In this document: positions 12,301 to 23,900 of the stretch, in pieces
Position numbering within the stretch: the stretch's first letter is position 1
Layout of the letters: each line of letters begins with the position of its first letter
DNA from: Macrostomum lignano
Lineage: Eukaryota
Reading direction: 5' to 3'
Length of the DNA: 64,000 nt
Assembly: GCA_002269645.1 (NCBI GenBank)
Contig: NIVC01001155.1
Span: 45,731 to 109,730 of the forward strand
The notes under the pieces: model-generated
What the model was told of the DNA's origin: nothing
What the model saw: the letters and a program-made list of their open reading frames with translations, nothing else
Database searches by the model: none
Program-made: the position numbers and the translations under genes

Positions 12301-13050
12301 GCCACTGGCGTTACTGGTAAGAACATCATTTTCCATTCGGACAGCCAAGCTGCCTTGCACGCCATCAGTGGCTGCAGCACCAACTCTGCTACAGTCCTCG
12401 ACTGTATCAAACTCCTCAACATGTTGGGTTCCGCCAACAAAATTACCCTTAAGTGGGTTCCGGGGCATGTGGGGATCCGAGGAAATGAGTTGGCTGACAC
12501 CCTTGCAAAAGTTGGTGCCTCCGGCTCCTCTCTCGGCCCCGAACCTCTTGTCCCGATTCCTGGCTGTGTCATCGACTCGCGCATCAAAGCGTGGATCAGG
12601 ACTCAGCACCGCTCGACTTGGGCGAACCGCACGAACTGCAGGCAATCCAGAGGCGCTGTCCCTCAGCCCTCTCACCAGCTCCGGAAGCTCCTCTTGCGCC
12701 TCTCGCGCAGAGACATCCGGGCTGCCACCATGACCCTCTCTGGTCACGGCTGCTTCTCCAGGCACCAGTACCTGCAGGGCAACGCCACCAACGCCACCTG
12801 TAGCTTCTGCAACTCAGGTGACGAAACCGCTGAGCATTTCGTCAGCATCTGTCCCGCCTTCACGCGGGCCAGACTCACTTACCTCGGGCCACACACATCT
12901 ATTACTGAAGCGTGCAAACCCGAAAACTTTAATCAGCTCATGCGCTACCTTCGGGCCACCCGCAGGGCTGAACTCTCCTTTCCAGAGAGCACCATAGCTG
13001 CTGGCGACACTGGGGGACCTCCCTGGGCGGCGCCAACCCTCCGTCCATAG
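9312..13050 (+). pseudogene. LINE ORF2: AP endonuclease, reverse transcriptase, RNase H and C-terminal CCHC; two frameshifts and one stop
   Basis: GGDLNAHH (APE); KSPGPDGI, FRPISLTS, FLDIVGAFD, GGPQGGVLTP, GYADD (RT); YTDGSK, SDSQAAL, WVPGHVGIRGNELAD (RNase H); CSFC...ETAEHFVSIC. Frame breaks near 9849 and 11113, and a TGA near 9948 in the restored frame. Confidence 0.9.
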
Positions 13051-13143
13051 CGACGCGTCGGCCGTTCAGGGACTAGCGGAATGGGCGCCCGCGCCTTCCC
13101 GCTGTGTCCCCTTCGGGACAGCCCTGCAGCTAAGTCAAAGTCA

Positions 13144-13495
13144 GGGGTGGTGGGTGCTGTGGGGGTGCGGGAGCTGTGGGGTGGTGGGTGCTGTGGGGTG
13201 GTGGGTGCTGTGGGGGTGCGGGAGCTGTGGGCTGGTGGGTGCTGTGGGGTGGTGGGTGCTGTGGGGGTGCGGGAGCTGTGGGTGGTGGGTGCTGTGGGGT
13301 GGTGGGTGCTGTGGGGGTGCGGGAGCTGTGGGTTGGTGGGTGCTGTGGGGTGGTGGGTGCTGTGGGGTGGTGGGTGCTGTGGGGGTGCGGGAGCTGTGGG
13401 GTGGTGGGTGCTGTGGGGGTGCGGGAGCTGTGGGGTGGTGGGTGCTGTGGGGTGGTGGGTGCTGTGGGGGTGCGGGAGCTGTGGGGTGGTGGTGC
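13144..13495. repeat. 17-bp GT-rich minisatellite, right half (GGGGTGGTGGGTGCTGT / GGGGGTGCGGGAGCTGT)
   Basis: Direct reading; abuts the LINE 3' end. Confidence 0.9.
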
Positions 13496-14559
13496 GCACA
13501 CGCTCACAAAAGAGCTAATTTCTATATGCAATCAGATGTACGAGTATATTAAAGATAGCAGTGATATCCCATTTCGAATGTTATATGGGAACGAATTTTA
13601 AGAAACTAAAAAGTAAATGCTAGTTTTATGATTACTGGGTTAATTTTTGCTTGATAAACAGTGCCAAGAACTCTAGCAAACCCATTTAGTTTTAAAGATT
13701 TTAGCCAGTTTTCGGCTAATTCTGTTGAACTTTCATCCAGACAGGAATATTTATACCTGTGCCGCCAACGAGTGTTCGCCATTTGGACGATGGGGCTTCT
13801 GTGGTGGCTTCTCAGATTTTAAACATGAAGGTTTTCAGTTCATCTTCCATGTCTGTGTGGCCACTTTTACTTTCAGTGCCCTGCAGTGGAGCTTTCTAAT
13901 TGTTTAAAAGCTCGAAGCGATCTTTCGTACTGACCCAACCCAGGTCCCTTCCATAGACTTCCAGGGGATTGACGTCATACAATGTTGACTTAATGTCAAC
14001 TTTAGACAGTAGAATAGAATCCAAACAGGATCTCAAGGATCACTCATCATTTTCAAAGTTATCTTTTGTCCTTACGCTCGTAGCATATATCAGTCAGTGC
14101 TGTTGTGCACCAAGTGTCTCAGTGGTTTTATGATTTGACTGTTTTAACTTCATCATGGAAACCAATTTAGCGTCTCGGAGTTTCCAATTCAACCAACTGG
14201 TCCGACAAGTAATCAAGATTTTGTTTTCAATCCGCAGATTCAAAACCAACCTAGCCATCCTGAGCAGCAAGTCGTACGCCGCTCTCGCCGGAGGTCAAGC
14301 TGGACAACGAGTCGGAGCCAACCAGGCGGACAGCTGGATCAACCGGGAGGCCACATCGACTGGGGCTGTTGGACGGTTTAATCGACAGAGCACCTTGGTT
14401 AGACTGGGTGAGTTGATTGTCTGAGTGTGAATAGTGATAGGGCATTGTTCTGGGGCGTCACCACCGGGGGACAGGGGGGCCCCAGTAAAAGCTATGGAGA
14501 GACATGCCAATGCTTTGTACCCCCAAGCCTCAACTTGCGACTCGTTGCTAAACTCAATA

Positions 14560-15170
14560 ATTTTGCTTTAGGGTGCCAAAATGAGTGCCTGCGGCGCTAA
14601 AATGAGTGCCTGAATGCGGCACCAAAATGAGTGCCTGCAGCGCCAAACTGAGTGCCTGAATGCGGCGCCAAAATGAGTGCTCGAATGCGGCGCCAAAATG
14701 AGTGCCTGCGGCGCCAAAATAAGTGCCTGAATGCGGCGCCAAAATGAGTGCCTGAATGCGGCGCCAAAATGAGCGCCTGCACCGCCAAAATGAGTGCCCG
14801 AATGCGGCGCCAAAATGAGTGCCTGCGGCGCCAAAATAAGTGCCTGAATGCGGCGCCAAAATGAGTGCCTGCGGCGCCAAAATGAGTGCCTGAATGCGGC
14901 GCCAAAATGCGCGCCTGCACCGCCAAAATGAGTGCCTGCGGCGCCAAAATGAGTGCCTGAATGCGGCGCCAAAATGAGTGCCTGCGGCGCCAAAATGAGT
15001 GCCTGAATGCGGCGCCAAAATGAGTGCCTGCGGCGCCAAAATGAGTGCCTGAATGCGGCGCCAAAATGAGTGCCTGCGGCGCCAAAATGAGTGCCTGAAT
15101 GCGGCGCCAAAATGAGCGCCTGAATGCGGCGCCAAAATGAGTGCCTGCCTGCACCGCCAAAATGAGTGCT
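14560..15170. repeat. Minisatellite of mixed 21- and 25-bp units GCGGCGCCAAAATGAGTGCCT(GAAT)
   Basis: Direct reading. Confidence 0.92.
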
Positions 15171-16267
15171 AGCCACACCGATTCCCAATATAATGTAGAA
15201 ATTTAGTCATGTACATGTAGAATTTTTGGCTTTTTCTCCACCCACCATAAAATCCATGCCGAAGCCTCTGGAATTGTTTCTCAGTTTCTACCGTTTTGAA
15301 TGAATGCTGATTTTAACATTCGTGTAACTTTATGAGCAGTTAATGCAATTTTTGGTAAAACAATATAGAACCTTCAAAAAGTCCTAAATGCATTACCGTC
15401 ACTAACATGCGTCTTGTGTAAAAGGGAGCAGCTTTGATTAGCGATACGTTCTATAACAAAGCTCTGAGCATCCAATGACACCCACAATTACTTGGTCAGT
15501 GAAGAAGACTTAGGTGATGAAAGTTAAAAAACTTTTTTAAAAACTATTGAGTAAACATCACTATTCCTAGATGTATACGTCACTAGATGATTACAAACTA
15601 CGTAACACAGAAGTGAAAGAGATTAACAAATCCCATGTTTATCGATAATTATTTTTTCAGGCGGAATCAATCGCGAACGAAGCGTTATGCAGACGAAACG
15701 CATGGACTTCCCATTAAAAAGTCAGCCTCAATGATCTGACCGTAGTTAAACAAATATAAGTGTACATTTAAGCTACGAGTTGCACTACTTTTGTTTGTAC
15801 TTGTGGTTTTTATCGATTTTTCCAAACAGCTGCTGAGTAAATTGCCGTTTCTGTACTGCGAATTTGGCACCATTAAGCAAGTACAATTGGCTCAATCCTC
15901 TTTTCAAATTGCGAGTAGCTATTTATAACAAACAGTTTGTAATAAGTGTGTACTACCTAGCTATATTTGCAGACAATATTGTTTTATGTTATTTGTGTTT
16001 TATGCAATTGCATGATTATTTTCAGTTCGTTTGAATTTCGAATGGCACCATCATTGACCTTTTTTCTGTTATTTTTTTCTTTTCATACACAAATCCGTGC
16101 TGAGAAAATAAACTGGTGCGTCCACTTGTAATCTAATGACTCGTTTCATCCATTACGTACCTTCTGACTTGAGATTTTTCCTACATTTGCGCGATGTCAT
16201 CTTTAGCTACAGATGGTCTGAAATTTCAAATTTATTTAGCGGTCTAGCTCAAGGCCACAAATCAATT

Positions 16268-16320
16268 GTTCCAAATGGGTTGAGAATCGAACCCCCGACC
16301 TTTAAGTCGTGAGTTCTTTT
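16268..16320 (-). mobile_element. Remnant of the same tRNA-derived SINE family (B-box region)
   Basis: AAAGGTCGGGGGTTCGATTCTCAACCCATTTGGAA matches AAAGGTAGGGGGTTCGATTCTCGACCTACTTGAA of the copy at 3590-3898. Confidence 0.55.
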
Positions 16321-17317
16321 GATCATCATTAAACACAGCAGATGCGGCAGAAACGCTTTTTAGGTTCAGCGAGTTTCTGTTATTATTGAATAGATGCAGT
16401 CGATAATAACTCGTGAATGTCATTAACAATCGTAACGACTTCATTAGTGGCTAGGATATTAAGTTGTGACGTGCTTGTACGAGTCGTATTTTGCGTCTTT
16501 CCAGACGCCATTTATATTCCTCAGTGCATCTATACTGGTAAATAATTCATGAAAACGGGCCCTAACACAAGAACTTTGCAGTTTGCAGGATGGACCAAGT
16601 GTCATGGTCATCTGGTGGCAGTAGTTACTCCATCTGACGGCAGTTAGTTTATCCTCTCGACTTTGATTGCGCCTTCCCTTCTGGGCCGACGATAGGCATG
16701 GGCATCCTTCAATTAAATTCTTGCATAGCTAAGCGGAATGCAAGATTTGCGGGAGTCGAGAGCGGTAGGCGATGCCACCCAGTCAACGAGAAATAAGCTA
16801 TTCCCTTCAACTCCGCAAGTTTTATGCCATACCGGAGATGACGCTATGATGAGAGCAGCTCTCTATACTGACTGGAGTGGAAATGCCTGGAAGCTAATTA
16901 TTTATTTATCAGGTGTGTACGAGCGTCTCTTAGCCGCATCCCCTAACGATGCTGCTGGCAGCAACCCAGCCTCCATATCCAGTTGATTATAGCATGGGCA
17001 ACTGTTTGGCCTTAACGCAGCTCAACTATGCCTACCTGCTCCGATCTGACAGCTGCTCAGACTGCTTGATGAGTCCGTGCTGTTCGCAACCAGCTAGCTA
17101 AACTGCAATAATTGATTTAAAAAAATTGTTAGCCCCGACTGGAGCACCAGCTCATGTGACGATAATAGCGTGACAATGAGTCAGACACCGTTGATCTCAA
17201 ATCATGAGTTGAGGCGAGTTAATTAAACTGACTATTTTTAGCCCCCTGAGTAAACTGGCCATAACATGTTTACGCTGCTCTAAACCCTATGGCAAACCAG
17301 CTATCTATTCTATACAT

Positions 17318-17385
17318 CAGAAGTCGGCAAACTTTTTACCTCAAGGCCCAGATAGAAAATACAGCTCATGGCTGCGGGCCATGGA
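17318..17385 (+). mobile_element. 5' terminus resembling hAT/Charlie-type non-autonomous elements
   Basis: CAGAAGTCGGCAAACTTTTT...AAGGCCCAGATAG...GCGGGCC resembles, from memory, MER58/MER5-type ends; no matching 3' TIR found. Confidence 0.45.
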
Positions 17386-17394
17386 AATGCAATG

Positions 17395-17548
17395 AGAGAG
17401 GAAAGTAGAAAGGACAAAAGATTAGAGGTGAGATGAGATGAGAGAAAATGGGAGAGTAGAGAAGGGAGAGAGAGGAGAGGAGGGGAGAGGAGAGACGGGG
17501 AGAGGAGAGAGAGAGAAGAGGAGAGACGGGAAGAGAGGATAGAGAGAG
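17395..17548. repeat. GA-rich polypurine tract
   Basis: Nearly pure A/G run. Confidence 0.9.
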
Positions 17549-17908
17549 CCAGCTATCTAGTGTATACAATATACATCGATTTATATTAAAAAGAACTGAA
17601 CAAAAGACGTTGATAAAGCTTTTGTCAATATAGGATGATAGATTTTTTCTGTTCTGCTGTTGCGATGCCTCAATTCGCGGTTAGGCATTCAACCTTAGAC
17701 AAGGAAAAACTTCATTTGAATATGTTTTTTTTTCACGGGATTTACGGGTATTTGCCAAGTGTTTTTTGTTTAACTTCAATGTGTTTATACTACTCGAAGG
17801 TTATAGTTATATTATTATTCCTTCCAAGTCTATCAGTAGTTAGTTATTCTTCAACGGCGAACCGGTCAGTCGGGAGAATTCCGCACTTTTGACAGCCCGG
17901 CGACTCGA

Positions 17909-20900
17909 TCACTGGTTGGAGTTGCCGAGGAAGCCGGACTGGACCAGGCGGCCGAACAAGGCGTAGGCCTCGCGGTAGGCCTCCTCGGGCATGCCATCCA
18001 GGATCAGGTCGATGACGCGGCCGTCCTTGGCGTACTCGAGCGTGAGGATTAGCTTCTCGGTCTGTTCGGAAGTCAGATGCACCTTAGCGGCGTAGTCGCG
18101 CACGTTGGGCTCCTCTGTAAAATGGAAAGGACTTAGTTTGCGCCTAAAAGGCTGACTGTTCGGTTCTAATAAGCTTCAGAGCTCAAGTCCGGGTCAGAGG
18201 AATGGGTAAAAGTTTCAGATGGGGTATCATAGGCAGAGACATATAGTCAAGTCAAAACTCACTTCAGGAGACACCCCACTGACATCAACCGTTGTGGCGG
18301 GCTTAAGGCCCTACTCGCACCATTTAAGTATCGTTTCTAATGGCCAGATTTTGTTAAAAGATTTATAAGCTCGAAGTTGAACGTGACATTGGCGGCTGTT
18401 CGTAGATCTATGGTTTTTTATTCACAAATGACTGGACTCAAATGATACGGATAGACTAAACGGTTAATCGGCATGCACGATCCAACATCCAACCAGTCTT
18501 AATTAATTAACTATAACTAGAGCAAGCTTAGTACCAAGATGAGCAACTAAATTATTAACTACTACCAATTTTCACGATTGAAGGTCCTGAAGAGTTCTAC
18601 GGTTGGCGATGATTGCTGATAGAAACTGAAAGGAACATCAAAATTTTGTTTCTTTTCTGCTTGAATCTCGGCTCAAATTTGACCGGAAACGAATAACCTT
18701 TCGAAGAACTTCTTGTTGCTACCGGGAATTAAAAAAACGTTTCCATCATTCTAGTCAAGCTTCCGCAAACTCACCGGTAAGCAGTTTAGCCAGCTCATTC
18801 GGAGTCCCTTCGCCAAGGACGCCGGGGATTAGCCAGTTATGAAAGCGTTGAATAAAGCCGGCGAGGATGACGCTAGCGGGTCGGTCCTCTGCAAGGTTTG
18901 GAAGCAGTAGGATAGTTTTGCCTTAATGCTCGTAATAATAATGTTCACTAGAAGGTTGTGGACACCCTAGCGCAACGCTTTAGGCGAACTCGTCGGACAA
19001 CCAGCGCTGAGGCACATACAAGCGCGCCAATACCCGTACGAAGGCACGCACTCACACACATGCTCACACAGGGTGTACAGTGGCCCTGAAGTTCTAATCG
19101 TTAGGCGTGTACACCCTCTAAGCCTCATTGGTGTGAATTGAACGACAACCCGACCTTACTAACTTTCGTGCACAAGCGCCGAACGAATGCGACCGCGAAC
19201 AGAATCGAACCAGATGTCGTGATGGCTCGAGAGTCAGACGCGTTTACCCCTCTTGATTAAGATGATTAAAATGGCAAGCCTAACTGGGAAATTTTAGTAC
19301 AATCCGACTCTCAAGTACGTCTCAAGTCTCAAGTGACTCTCAGCATTGGATCGTACTCGTAGTGATTCTTATGCTAGCTTGACGTTGCTTTGCTTTGTAA
19401 AATATTTTTTAAATGTTCATCATAAAGCTAAAAGTTACAGAAGCCAATTGATCGTGGGAAACTGGGATCACTCTGCAAAAACAGGGCCACTCACTGGCGG
19501 TGCACAGAGCGCTGTCCTCGTCGTATCCGTCGATGCAGTCGCTACGGCCGTCGCAGATGAAGGAGAAAGCCAGGCACTGGCCGCTCTTGCAGGGCCAGGG
19601 TGCAGTTTTCGGACAGTCGTTGCCAGCCGGGTTCCCTGATGTTTGAGGATTAATGTTGTAATTAAGCACTTTTGAACCTCTGTGGTGTTCTAGTAGCAAG
19701 TCATGGACAGACCCAAGGACTGCAATGGGGAAATCATCGTTCAAGGACCGCTAAAAGTATGCGGAGGCAACACGGGCTCCACCATAATTGACTACCGCTA
19801 ATTGACAGCTTAGCTAGTTGACTGACATTAACTTTGTACGAGCGTATACCTTATTTAATAAAGCCTGGTATCCAGGAAACTAACTGACAAATTTCTCACA
19901 AGCTCATTACTCTTGTTCTTTATCAAGCCAATATCAGACCAAGCACGGACACTGGTCTCTTACGGCTGCTGGAAAGTACCAAAGTGTAATAAAGTTGTCA
20001 ATTTGTGACAAAGATCGGAAAAATCGTAATTCAGCATTCCTTTTTAAATTGAGGCCAGTAAATTTCAGCAACTTTCAGTGCCTCGATTTTCATTATGAAG
20101 ACGCACTTTTGCGAATCAAGTATAAAAAAGATATCGATCTTTCGAGGTTGATTTTCTTGATGGCTGATTAGAAAGCGAAGCTGTATAGATGTCTGATGGA
20201 GCCGAACGAAGCTCTAAAAGTGAGAATAAATTCCATTTTTTACTTCAAAATCTTAGCTGGATATAAAAAATACCTGAGAAGACAGTCAGACGGAAGTAAT
20301 TTCTATCAGTTTTTTCTGATCTTTCCTGTGTACTTTTTATATCCGATAGGGGTTCCGCTTCAGTTGCTAGGGGCATTAATTCTGTAACTAAGGGTGCTAA
20401 TTCTATTTGTAAGGAATCAATTCTGTTACTAGAAGTATTAATCTTGTGCTGGGGTCACAAATTAAGTTGCTAGGGTCACACATTTAGTTGCTAGGGCCAC
20501 AAATTAAGTTGCTAGGGGCACATATTTAGTTGCTAGGGCCACAAATTAATTTGTTAGAGGCACACATTTAGTTGCTAGGGCCACAAATAAAGTTGCTAAG
20601 GGCACACATTTAGTTGCTAGGGCCACAAATAAAGTTGCTAAGGGCACACATTTAGTTGCTAGGGCCACAAATTTAATTGCTAGGGTCAAAAAATTAGTTG
20701 CTAGGGTCAAAACTTTAGTTGCTAGGGGCACAAATTTAGTTGTTAGGGTAAAAAAATTAGTTGCTAGGGCACAAATTTAGTTGCTGGGTGTTATGTCTTC
20801 TGCTCCGACGTGGAGCTGCTACATTTAAGTAAGAAGACAACGGTTCGCTTAGGGGTTCGAGCTATCGTATTGCTCCGGTAGTTACGAACTCCTTTTGGGA

Positions 20901-23900
20901 TTCATGTTGTAACTAGCTCGTACTTTATTATAAAATAATAGGTTGTGCCTAAGACAACAAAACATTGGGCTTGGGGGCATACTCTGTGTCTTCTCTGTTA
21001 ATATACAACATTCCCCCCTTTTGTCAATAAAAAGTTGCATTGTCAGTTATCCGGAATTATTCACTGTAATGCAACCGATCCGGTTTTTTCAATTTGCTTC
21101 GATCCCTCAGTATCCTTGTGCCCACGCCTTCTGCTCCAGAGTCAGCGTCATCCTGGTCTGTGTCCGCTGTCTGAGATTCTCCTCGGCTTGGCACGTCTTG
21201 GACCGGTTGAGTTGATTCACTCTCTCGCCGCTCTTTCTCGGTGGTAGTTTTGTCGCTCTGAACTCTCCTAGGATCCTTCAGAATAGGCGGTAGGTGATGA
21301 GCCTCCGGCTTGTTCTGTCCAGGTAATTCTGCACTGACAATTTGGTCGACGTGTCGCTTCCAGACTTGTCCGTTGACCAACAGTCTATAGGACAGCGGTC
21401 CTGTGCGGGCGATCACCTTGGCAGAAATCCACCTGTTTTCTCGCTCCCTTCTGAAGTCCAACGTCAGAACTGAGTCTCCTTCTTGAAATTCTCGAATAGT
21501 TGATCCTCTCTCTATTTGTCGTTCAGTGACATCCGTCTGCTTGTTCAACACTCTTGAGTAAGCATCCGGCTTAAGAAAATCCAACCGTGTCCTGCGACTG
21601 TAGCATAACATCATCTCTGCTGGTGTTCTACCGGTTGTTGAATGAGGTGTACTGCGATAGCGAAACAGAAAGTTCTGCATGCTCAAGATTGGATCACCGT
21701 GAGTCTTAATTCCTGCTTTGATAGCAGACTTTGCTGTTTGCACCATTCTTTCACTAAGTCCGTTGGTACGCGGATGTCCAACAGCTGTCAAAATCTGTCG
21801 GATGTTATTCCGCTCTAGGAAAGTACGGAACTCAGCTGAGCAGAACTGGCTTCCATTGTCACTCAACACTTGCTGTGGGATGCCAAATCGTGCGAAAGTT
21901 TCTCGTAGACATTCTATCGTCCTGTTGGTAGTTGCGTGCTTCATGGGAAAGATCTCAACCCATTTACTTGTTGCATCGACTATAACAAGCCAGTAGTATC
22001 CATGAAATGGTCCCATGTAGTCCAGTTGAATTCGAGTCCAAGGCCTTTCTGGCCAGACAAGAGGCTGAACTGGTGCTTGTGCAGGCAAATTCCTTTGCAG
22101 CTGACAGCCTTCACAACTATGGACTAGGGCTTCTATAGCCTTGTCGATTCCTGGGAACCATACATGCAGTCTAGCTATGGATTTCATTGCAACAATTCCT
22201 GGATGTCCATCATGAAGCAGTTCTAACACAACCTGTTGTAAGCTTCTTGGAATAATTACTCTTACTCCCCAAAATAGCACACCTTGCTCAATGCAAAACT
22301 CGTTCCGCTTCCTGAAGTACTGTTCCAGCTCTTGCTCACAGGTATCTGGCCAACCATTTTGACAGTATCGAACAACTCTCTGAAGCTGTGAATCTTTCTG
22401 TGTCTCGGTTCGTATTGTTTCTGCGTTGACTGGTAGCATTTCTAGCCTGACCTCCAAGACACGATCAACCTTGCTGATATTACCAGGCACTGGGAGACGT
22501 GAAAGTGCGTCAGCATTCGAATGATCCTCTGTTCTTCTGAATTTGATGGTATACTGATGGGCAGAAAGCAACACGGCCCAGCGCTGAAGTCTGCTTGCTG
22601 CTATGCTAGGAATGTCCTTCTTATCTCCAAAAATGGTCAGTAGGGGTTTATGGTCAGTCACCAGTATAAAATGATGTCCAAAAAGATATTGGTGAAATCT
22701 TTTAACTCCGAATACGATGGCCAGCGCTTCTTTCTCTAGTTGAGAGTAGTTGATCTCAGGTTTTGTTAGAGTTCTCGAAGCAAATGCTACAGGCCTTTCC
22801 TCGCCATTGGGCATCAAATGTGAGATGACACACCCGATTCCATATTTGGAGGCGTCCGTTTGCAATACAAGCTGCTTCTTAGGATCAAAATGAGCCAGAA
22901 CACGCTCAGAAGTTAGAGTTGCCTTCACTTTCTCGAATGCTGCCGAACACGCCTCACTCCAATGAAACTCTGCGTCTTTGTGCAATAGTCTGTTGAGAGG
23001 TACCAGTATTGATGATAGGTTTGGAATAAACTTTCCATAATAGCTGATCATTCCTATCAAGGAACGAACCTCTGACACGTTAGTTGGTGTTGGAGCTTCA
23101 TGAATTGCCTGAACTTTCTCTTTCGAGGGATGGATTCCCGATTCATCGATAACGTAGCCCAAGAATTCAATTCTATTTAGACGGAATTCACACTTTTTCC
23201 GATTCAAATGCACACCGTGAGCTAAAAGACGTTCTAATACAGCTTCCAGTCTTTTGTCGTGGTCTTCCAAACAACTGCCGGATACAAGAATGTCGTCTAT
23301 ATAGACAACCACTTCCAAGCCTTGTAAAATTTTCTCCATCGCTTCTTGAAATTGCACAGGGGCTGATGCCAGACCCATTGTTAGTCGCTCGTATTGGAAC
23401 AAACCCAGATGTGTGTTAATTGTAGCAAACTTTTTGCACGAATCCTCCAGTTCCAGTTGTAAAAACGCTTGCGAAATATCCAATTTCGAGAAGACTCTTC
23501 CACCATTAAGAGTTGCGAAAATTTCTTCCGGTTTCGGCAGAGGGTACTTGTCAACCTCCAATTGGGGATTAACGGTTCTCTTAAAATCAGCGCAAATCCT
23601 TACGGATTTTCCATCGCGCTTCAAAACTGGGACAATCGGAGATGCAAAGTCTGATGCGCTCACTTTTTTTTATTATGCCTTGAGCTTGCAAATTCGCCAG
23701 CTCCTCTTCAATGAGGCTTTTGATCGCAAATGGCACCGGTCGACTCTTACAAAACTTTGGAATGAAGTTTTCTTTCAACAGTATTCTGGCCTTTAACCCT
23801 TTGATAGTGCCAAGGCTTTCAGCAAACACTTGATCATACTTCTTCATTAACCGCTCGATAGGTGGAACCAACGTTGTTGTTTTCACATGGGCAAATTTGC

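Larger units (their letters stand above)
7731..13143 (+). mobile_element. Full-length non-LTR retrotransposon, LOA/R1-like (ORF1 plus APE-RT-RNase H-CCHC ORF2)
   Basis: Two overlapping ORFs; 3' end AAGTCAAAGTCA; candidate TSD GGGGTGGT at 7723-7730 and 13144-13151 (ambiguous because it lies inside a repeat). Clade assignment rests on domain order and the QINLQH/IQEPW/RPRAAI motifs. Confidence 0.88.

Noticed and set aside
8046-12803. Antisense and alternative-frame ORFs within the LINE
   Set aside because: Expected shadows of GC-rich coding sequence
13081-15188. GC-rich repetitive ORFs on both strands
   Set aside because: Derived from the 17-bp and 21/25-bp arrays
23655-23680. Programmed gag-pol frameshift in the Gypsy element
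   Set aside because: The break lies after the protease within the RT start, needs a +1 correction in an A8 run, and related elements usually have one ORF; an indel or sequencing error is more likely
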